A stretch of DNA of 64,000 bases from an uncultured Mailhella sp. (GTDB lineage Bacteria; Desulfobacterota; Desulfovibrionia; Desulfovibrionales; Desulfovibrionaceae): contig CALUPL010000045.1 of NCBI GenBank assembly GCA_944322635.1, positions 1,102 to 65,101 on the forward strand, written 5' to 3'. This document shows, piece by piece, positions 57,579 to 64,000 of this stretch. The position numbers were made by a program, and so were the translations under genes. Position 1 is the first letter of the stretch, and each line of letters starts with the position of its first letter. The notes under the pieces were generated by a model, which saw nothing but the letters and a program-made list of their open reading frames with translations, had not been told where the DNA came from and searched no databases.

Positions 57579-58943
57579 TCAGCTTCTCTGCCGGGCGGGC
57601 GCAAGAAGTGAAGGCCATATGCTGAACAGATCCGAGAGCAGATACAGGGACCCGCATACCAGAACGGGTCTGCCGTCGGCGGCCTTTCCGGCTGCGGCAA
57701 GAGCTTCTTCCAGATCAGGTACGGCCTTGGCCGACTTTCCGAGCATGGCGGCAAGCTCGTCCGCCCCGGCGGCCCGGGGATTGTCCTTTATGGCGGGAAC
57801 GAACAAAGGAGCGCCTCCGGCCACCTGCCTGACCAGCGATGTGAGTTTTTCCGGCTGCTTGTCGGCAAGGCAGGAGAACACTACGGCTCCCGGACGTTCC
57901 TCCTCGCTCATGGCGGAAACGGCGGACAGAAGGGCCGTCATGCCGTGAGGGTTGTGTGCACCGTCCAGCCACATGGCGGGATGCCCTTCCCCGGCTTTTG
58001 CAAACTGCAGTCTGCCGGGAATGAAGGCTCTGCTGAGGCCGAGAGCAATGGTGTGTGCGTCCGTCTTCCAGTGGTAGCGCTGGCAGAGCATGACCCAGGC
58101 AAGAACCGCCGTCTGGGCATTCATGCGCTGATGAGCGCCTCTCAGACCGAGCTTTACGTCGTTCGGCAGAACGGAACAGGCTTTAAGCTCGTCCGGCAGG
58201 CACTCCCAAAGGGCTTTGCCCGCAGGCGTACCGTCGCATCCTTCCGGAGAAGGGCTGGCACACAGGGGTATGCCGCGCTCCTGCGCCTTGGAAAGGAGAA
58301 TGTTGCGAGCTTCCGGTTCCTGAGGCGCGCTGACGGCCATGGAAACACCGGGGCGCAGCGCATCGGATTTGTCGTCGGCAATGGCGGAAAGCGTGTCGCC
58401 GAGCACGTTCATGTGATCCATGCCCATGGGAACAAAGCATACCATGTCCACGGGGAGCGCCGTAGTGGCATCGTAACGGCCGCCGAGTCCGGCCTCGAAG
58501 ATCATGAGATCGCTTTCGCTGGTCTGAAATGCGGAAGCCGCGATGACGGTGAGAAGCTCGAAGTAGGTGAGGTCTTTTTCAGCCTGTACGGCGTTTCCGG
58601 CCAGGGCCGGCCATACGCGACGCGGCAGCATGGTGTGGTTGAGCTGAATGCGCTCTTCCGGCCACACGAAGTGCGGCGAAGTGTAGAGGCCTACGTTCAT
58701 GCCGTGGGCCATGGCTATGGACTGAAGAAACACCGAGGTGGAACCCTTGCCGTTGGTGCCCACAACCTGTACGGCGGGGCAGCGCAGCTTGTCGAGATCG
58801 AGGGCATGCAGAGCGCGTTCCATTCGGCCGAGGCCCATGTCCATGTGAAAGAGCCCGAGGGAATCCAAATGCCGCATTACCTCCTCATAGGAGTGGAAGG
58901 GCGCGGATTCGGGCAGCGTGCAGCAGGAGGGAGTTTCACTCAT
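57579..58943 (-). CDS. folC: Dihydrofolate/folylpolyglutamate synthase
   Basis: VGTNGKGST, YTSPH, EAGLGGRYDAT, DH..LG, PGR, LDGAHNP, GSLYL. Confidence 0.94.
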   Translation of the reverse strand: MSETPSCCTLPESAPFHSYEEVMRHLDSLGLFHMDMGLGRMERALHALDLDKLRCPAVQVVGTNGKGSTSVFLQSIAMAHGMNVGLYTSPHFVWPEERIQLNHTMLPRRVWPALAGNAVQAEKDLTYFELLTVIAASAFQTSESDLMIFEAGLGGRYDATTALPVDMVCFVPMGMDHMNVLGDTLSAIADDKSDALRPGVSMAVSAPQEPEARNILLSKAQERGIPLCASPSPEGCDGTPAGKALWECLPDELKACSVLPNDVKLGLRGAHQRMNAQTAVLAWVMLCQRYHWKTDAHTIALGLSRAFIPGRLQFAKAGEGHPAMWLDGAHNPHGMTALLSAVSAMSEEERPGAVVFSCLADKQPEKLTSLVRQVAGGAPLFVPAIKDNPRAAGADELAAMLGKSAKAVPDLEEALAAAGKAADGRPVLVCGSLYLLSDLFSIWPSLLAPARQRS

Positions 58944-59604
58944 GGGCGGCTTCTTTTTTGGCTTTTACGGCGGAACGCAACCAGTCGTACCAGGCTTCCA
59001 GACCTTCATGGTTACGGCACGACACTTCCATGACGGCAAGATCGGCATTCAGGGCACAGGCATGGGCGCGGGCCTTCCGCACGTCGAAATCCACATAGGG
59101 AAGCAGGTCGATCTTATTGAGAATCATGGCCTTGGCCTTGTGGAAAAGATATGGATACTTCTGGGGCTTGTCGTCGCCTTCGGTCACGCTGAGCAGGGCT
59201 ATCTTGGCGTCTTCTCCGCAGTCGAATTCCGTAGGGCATACGAGATTGCCCACGTTTTCAATGAAGAGAATGTCGAGCCCCTCACAGTCGAGGGCCTGCA
59301 GGGCCTCGCTCACCATGCTGCTGTTGAGATGACAGCCTCCCTCCGTGTTGATCTGTACGGCCTGTGCGCCGGAAGCGGTCACACGTCGTGCATCGTTGTC
59401 GGTTTGCAGGTCACCCTCTATGACTGCCATGCGGAATTCTCCGGCAAGGTCGTTCAGCGTGCGTTCCAGAAGAGAGGTTTTGCCGGAACCGGGAGAGCTG
59501 ATGAGGTTGAGAACAAGGGTGCCGCGGCGCGCGAAGTCGGCACGAAGCCGAGCGGCTATGCGGTCATTGGCTTCCAGTACGTTGCGGACAACGGGAATTT
59601 CCAT
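58936..59604 (-). CDS. hypB: Hydrogenase nickel incorporation GTPase
   Basis: SSPGSGKT, GGCHL, ENVGNLVCP, EGDDKP, NKID. Confidence 0.96.
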   Translation of the reverse strand: MEIPVVRNVLEANDRIAARLRADFARRGTLVLNLISSPGSGKTSLLERTLNDLAGEFRMAVIEGDLQTDNDARRVTASGAQAVQINTEGGCHLNSSMVSEALQALDCEGLDILFIENVGNLVCPTEFDCGEDAKIALLSVTEGDDKPQKYPYLFHKAKAMILNKIDLLPYVDFDVRKARAHACALNADLAVMEVSCRNHEGLEAWYDWLRSAVKAKKEAAHE

Positions 59605-59648
59605 GATAGGCCTCGAATGTTGATGAAACGAAGAAAAGGAAGACGGCG

Positions 59649-60002
59649 TCACTCCGCTTCCAGATGGTCGAGAAAAATGCCTTCCCCGCCTACAACGCTG
59701 AACGGAACGGTTTCACCGCAGGCGGGACAGGGCGCATAAAGGGCGTTTCTGTCCTCGGGGGAGAATTCGTGGCCGCACATGCAACATGAGAGGCGCAGCG
59801 GTTCTTCCACAAGTTCAAGCCTGGCTCCCTCGTCGGCGGTGCCTGCAATCATGGCTTCGAAGGCCATGCGCATGGCGTCGGGCTGCACCTGATCCAGCAC
59901 ACCGTGCCGTATGCGCAGAAGAGTGAGTCTTTGTGCTCCGTGGCGGGACATTTCTTCCCGCGCTATATCCATGACGTTTGCCATAAGAGAGAGTTCGTGC
60001 AT
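59649..60002 (-). CDS. hypA: Hydrogenase maturation nickel chaperone
   Basis: MHELS N-terminus, CxxC...CPAC. Confidence 0.94.
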   Translation of the reverse strand: MHELSLMANVMDIAREEMSRHGAQRLTLLRIRHGVLDQVQPDAMRMAFEAMIAGTADEGARLELVEEPLRLSCCMCGHEFSPEDRNALYAPCPACGETVPFSVVGGEGIFLDHLEAE

Positions 60003-60143
60003 GAAAGTGGTCTATAGGAAAAAGGCCGGACCGTCCACTGTGGCAGAATTTTTCACATGATGGGAGTGGCTTGTCATGGCCCGGGCATCTCGGCTATAGA
60101 GGGAGTAAACAACGCTTCGCATCATGAAGCATGAGAGGATGAC

Positions 60144-61082
60144 ATGCGCAGAACTTTGGGCCTGTTGGTCTGTGCGGCGGCCATGCTGGTCGTTGCCGTG
60201 GGCGTGGCCGCATTGCTGAAGGATGAGCCGGGCTATGAGGCCGGGCGCTCGGAAATATCGGGCAAGATCGTCGGACTTACGGCATTTCAGGAACACAGGG
60301 ATGCGGCCGACGACGGCGCGGAAACAGTGCAGACGCCGCAGAACGATGCTTCTGCCGGGAAGTCGGAATCCGGTCGAGTGGAAGCTTCTTCCGAAGAGAG
60401 TAAAACCGTTTCGGCCTCTGCTCCCTTTGATACGAGACCGGCAAGTGTTGTGTCCGACGATGCGGGAACGGATGAAAAGTCTGCAACCGGTAGCAAGGAA
60501 AGCATAAAGAAAAACGCGTCTTCGTCGGCGTCGCCATCCTTAAATAAGAACGAAAAAAGCGGCAGTGAAAAGACCGTTGCCGCAGAGGAAAACAACGCTC
60601 AGGTTCGGGCGGAAAGGAACGCGGCGGTCGATTCCTCGAAGAAAGAGGCGGAGAAAAGTGTCGAGTCTCGTTCCGTGTCTGCCGTGCAGAGAGGTGCGAC
60701 GGAAAATGACGGCAGGCAGCAGAGCAATGACTCGGCCGCAAAGGAGTCCTCTTCCGACAGCGAAGCCTCGGGTACGCAATACGAAAGAGTGGTGACCTCT
60801 GCCAGATTTTCCATGCAGGGCAGTCAGATCAAGCTTACGCTTCAGGGCAATGCTCCCATGGTGGGACATTATTTCTTGCTCGGCAATCCCGACCGCGTGG
60901 TGCTCGATCTTGCCGGAAACTGGGATGTGAACGTGCCGCGCGTGCCGAGCAACAGACTTATCGAGGCCGTTCGCGTGGGCCAGCACGACGATAAGACCCG
61001 CATCGTCTTCGACATGAAGACCACCGGCAAAGTCGCCCTGATACCTCTCAATCGCAATGCGCTTGAGCTTCGCATTCAGTAG
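60144..61082 (+). CDS. Membrane-anchored AMIN-domain protein with a disordered Ser/Glu/Lys linker
   Basis: N-terminal TM; C-terminal LGNPDRVVLDL...VRVGQH..KTRIVFD. Confidence 0.8.
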   Translation: MRRTLGLLVCAAAMLVVAVGVAALLKDEPGYEAGRSEISGKIVGLTAFQEHRDAADDGAETVQTPQNDASAGKSESGRVEASSEESKTVSASAPFDTRPASVVSDDAGTDEKSATGSKESIKKNASSSASPSLNKNEKSGSEKTVAAEENNAQVRAERNAAVDSSKKEAEKSVESRSVSAVQRGATENDGRQQSNDSAAKESSSDSEASGTQYERVVTSARFSMQGSQIKLTLQGNAPMVGHYFLLGNPDRVVLDLAGNWDVNVPRVPSNRLIEAVRVGQHDDKTRIVFDMKTTGKVALIPLNRNALELRIQ

Positions 61083-61093
61083 GAGAGCCGGAC

Positions 61094-62206
61094 ATGAATG
61101 TGAACGGCAGGCATTACCGTACCATATGGACGGAAGGCGAAGGCGAGGGTGAAACGCTTTTCATCATTGATCAGACGACGCTTCCTCATGAGTTCAGGGT
61201 AAGGGCTCTGCAAAGCGTGGATGACGTGTGCAGTGCCATACGGGATATGTGGGTGCGCGGAGCCGGGCTCATAGGCGCAACGGCCGCATGGGGCGTGTGG
61301 ATTGCCGCCCGAACGGCACCTGCAGGCGATTTCTGCGGTTTCATGACCCGGAGCATGGATAAGCTGCGTACCACGCGACCCACGGCCAGCAATCTTGCCT
61401 GGGCTCTCGAACGCCAGAAAAAAGCCCTGGCCGGACTTTCAGGAGAAGAGGCCGTTCGCGTCGCCCGTGCCGAGGCGCAGGCCATTGCCGACGAAGATGC
61501 GGATTTTTGTCGCCGCATCGGGGAGCACGGGCTTTCCATCATTAAAGAAGTGGCGGAACGTCATCCCGACAGGGCCGTGAACATACTCACGCACTGCAAT
61601 GCCGGGTGGCTGGCGTTTGTGGATTACGGATCGGCACTTTCGCCGGTGTATGCCGCTTTTGACGCCGGCATTCCCGTGCACGTGTGGGTGGATGAAACAA
61701 GGCCCCGCAATCAGGGGGCGAGTCTTACGGCCTGGGAGCTGAGCAGGCACGGCGTCCCGCATGATCTCATAGCAGACAATGCGGGCGGGCATCTCATGCA
61801 GCACGGCATGGTGGACCTGGTCATAACCGGGGCCGACAGAGTGACGCGCTGCGGCGACGCGGCCAATAAAATAGGAACCTACCTCAAGGCTCTGGCCGCC
61901 TTCGACAACAAGGTGCCTTTCTATGTGGCGCTGCCTTCCTCCACCTACGATTTTACACTGCGCGACGGCGTGCGCGATATTCCCATTGAGGAGAGAAATG
62001 CCGACGAAGTGCGTGTGGTTTCCGGTCTTTCGAAAGGCGGCAAAAGAGAAGACGTGCTCATCTGCCCGCCGGAAACTCCGGCCCGCAACTGGGCCTTCGA
62101 TGTAACGCCGTCGCGGCTTATTACGGGTCTTATCACCGAAAGAGGCGTGTGCCATGCTTCGGAGAACGGAATTCTTTCCCTGTATCCGGAGCGGCGCAAC
62201 GCATGA
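61094..62206 (+). CDS. mtnA: Methylthioribose-1-phosphate (or 5-deoxyribose-1-phosphate) isomerase
   Basis: IDQT.LP, VRGA, RPTA.NL, THCNAG, DETRP.NQG, GADR, NKIGT, AFDVTP. Confidence 0.95.
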   Translation: MNVNGRHYRTIWTEGEGEGETLFIIDQTTLPHEFRVRALQSVDDVCSAIRDMWVRGAGLIGATAAWGVWIAARTAPAGDFCGFMTRSMDKLRTTRPTASNLAWALERQKKALAGLSGEEAVRVARAEAQAIADEDADFCRRIGEHGLSIIKEVAERHPDRAVNILTHCNAGWLAFVDYGSALSPVYAAFDAGIPVHVWVDETRPRNQGASLTAWELSRHGVPHDLIADNAGGHLMQHGMVDLVITGADRVTRCGDAANKIGTYLKALAAFDNKVPFYVALPSSTYDFTLRDGVRDIPIEERNADEVRVVSGLSKGGKREDVLICPPETPARNWAFDVTPSRLITGLITERGVCHASENGILSLYPERRNA

Positions 62207-62216
62207 GGACGGATAT

Positions 62217-62822
62217 ATGAGCGAGGAAGAAGGCTACGTCAAATACCGCTGCATACACGAGTACGGTCCGGCTCCGGAGCATCCCGACTGGGCAGCGCTC
62301 AACGCTCTTCGCACCGATCTTGTGCGTGCAGGACTTGTGGGAGTGCTGGACAGCGGCGTCGGCTACGGCAATCTTTCCCTTCGTGCGGACGGGGGCTTTC
62401 TCGTCACGGCCACGGCCACGGGCCACATTCCCGTGCTCGGGCCGGAGCATTACTGCCTTGTGACCCGCTGCGACATCGACGCCAATACCGTGTGGTCGGT
62501 GGGGCCGGCTCAGGCAAGTTCCGAATCCATGACGCACGCGGCCATATACGAGGCTTCACCCGTCACGGGATGCGTCATTCATCTGCATCACGCCGGTCTT
62601 TATGATCAGCTCCTTCAGGGCAAGGCCCCGGCCACGGCGCCCGAAGCGGCCTTCGGCACTCCTGCCATGGCCCGCAGCGTGGAAGAACTGGTGCGGCATC
62701 ACCCGGCAGACGGCATCATTGCCATGACCGGCCATCAAAACGGCTTTCTCATGTACGCGCCCAACGTCGATCACATGCGCGATCTTCTGTATATGCTTTC
62801 GCAGGGCTACATTCCCTGCTAG
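62217..62822 (+). CDS. Class II aldolase/adducin-family protein
   Basis: GNLSLR, SSESMTH, VIHLH, GTP, GHQNG (Zn-binding His pattern). Confidence 0.85.
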   Translation: MSEEEGYVKYRCIHEYGPAPEHPDWAALNALRTDLVRAGLVGVLDSGVGYGNLSLRADGGFLVTATATGHIPVLGPEHYCLVTRCDIDANTVWSVGPAQASSESMTHAAIYEASPVTGCVIHLHHAGLYDQLLQGKAPATAPEAAFGTPAMARSVEELVRHHPADGIIAMTGHQNGFLMYAPNVDHMRDLLYMLSQGYIPC

Positions 62823-63021
62823 AGAGATAGGTGAGCGGCAGATTTTCCAGGCGCTGACCGGACATAAGAAGTTGTGTCATAAAAAAGATGCGCTCTTTTG
62901 TTCAGAGCTGCAGGCGAACGAAAAGGCGAGAGAGCATATCAGTTGAAGGAAAAGAGCGGCTGTCTCATCCGAGGCGAAAGCCGTGCAGAATCACTACATT
63001 GAACAGACATCGGACGACAGC

Positions 63022-63768
63022 ATGAACAAAATAGGCATTATCGGCGGAAGCGGACTTGACGATCCTTCTCTTTTTGAAGTGTCCAGCGACAGAGTGATGA
63101 ACACGCCCTACGGTGAGCCTTCGAGTTCTCTCAGAGAGGGGAGCATCGGCGGCGTTCCGGTGGCGCTCATGGCCCGCCATGGTCGCAGGCATACCATTCC
63201 GCCCACTCAGGTGAACTATCGGGCCAATCTTTGGGCACTCAGGGAAGCCGGCTGCACGCATGTGCTGGCCAGCACGGCCGTAGGTTCTCTGCGGGAGGAA
63301 ATAGAGCGGGGCGACCTTGTCATTCCCGATCAGTTCATAGACTTCACGAGGCTGAGACCCCTCAGTTTTTTCGAGTCCTTTGAGCCGGGGAATCCCATGC
63401 ACACGGCCATGGCCGAACCCTTTGATGCCGGTTTGAGGCGGGTTCTGTGTGATGAGCTTTCTTCCCTGGGGTACAGGTTTCACGACGGCGGAACCGTTAT
63501 TACCATTGAGGGACCGCGCTTTTCCACCAGAGCGGAATCGAGAATGTTCCGCATCTGGGGCGCGGACATCATCAACATGAGCATTGCCACGGAAGCCATT
63601 ATGGCCAACGAACTGGGCATTCCCTATGCCGCCGTTGCCATGAGCACGGATTATGATTCCTGGAAGGTGGACGATGCCGTAACCTGGGAGGCCATTCTTG
63701 CCGTCGCTCAGGAAAACGCGGAAAAGGTGCTGGAACTTTTTCGGAGTGTCGTCCCGAATCTTGCCTGA
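63022..63768 (+). CDS. mtnP: 5'-methylthioadenosine phosphorylase
   Basis: GIIGGSG, TPYG, RHG, NYRAN, IEGPRFSTRAES, NMS..EA, TDYD. Confidence 0.93.
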   Translation: MNKIGIIGGSGLDDPSLFEVSSDRVMNTPYGEPSSSLREGSIGGVPVALMARHGRRHTIPPTQVNYRANLWALREAGCTHVLASTAVGSLREEIERGDLVIPDQFIDFTRLRPLSFFESFEPGNPMHTAMAEPFDAGLRRVLCDELSSLGYRFHDGGTVITIEGPRFSTRAESRMFRIWGADIINMSIATEAIMANELGIPYAAVAMSTDYDSWKVDDAVTWEAILAVAQENAEKVLELFRSVVPNLA

Positions 63769-64000
63769 TCTGATTTCAACGGCAGATAAGAAAAGGCGGT
63801 TGCGAAAGCTTCGTGCTTCGTGTCCGCCTTTCGTTTGGTGATGAGGAGAACGTTTGTTTACGGAAGGCAAGTACGATTTTCCGGTGGAAGGGGGGGGAGG
63901 ACGGGAATTTTTTCATTTGACCGAAAGAGAAAAGGAGCAAGGCTTTTGGGGAGAATAACGATGCATAGTCGGCTGCAATAGCGTGAAGAAAGAGGATAAA

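Overview
Chromosomal, GC-rich (roughly 58% by eye) window from a Desulfovibrionaceae-like anaerobe (gene content resembles Mailhella/Bilophila/Desulfovibrio; this is inference). No prophage or CRISPR array is visible, and the only mobile-element trace is one IS5 fragment. Contents: a GltD-linked [FeFe]-hydrogenase pair cut by the left edge; tRNA/rRNA-modification genes (ttuA-like, tlyA, yhhQ-queC-queF, tilS, tRNA-Ile2, selA); degP; a selenocysteine [NiFeSe]-hydrogenase whose large subunit the ORF track truncates at an in-frame UGA; perR-rbr; a Zn/Mn ABC transporter; a GntR-controlled organosulfonate cluster (TRAP + HpsN-like dehydrogenase + DegT-fold PLP enzyme + CuyA-like sulfo-lyase); a tungsten-cofactor/tupABC/TunR/AOR/ADH block; folC, hypAB; and an mtnA-class II aldolase-mtnP (DHAP-shunt-like) cluster. 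The most striking sequence-level signals are (1) two back-to-back 33-nt preQ1-I-like pseudoknot aptamers ending 1 nt before a start codon that has no Shine-Dalgarno, and (2) the sulfonate cluster, with a shared AT-rich operator array and two independent lesions in its TRAP transporter. Family assignments come from motif recognition, not database searches.
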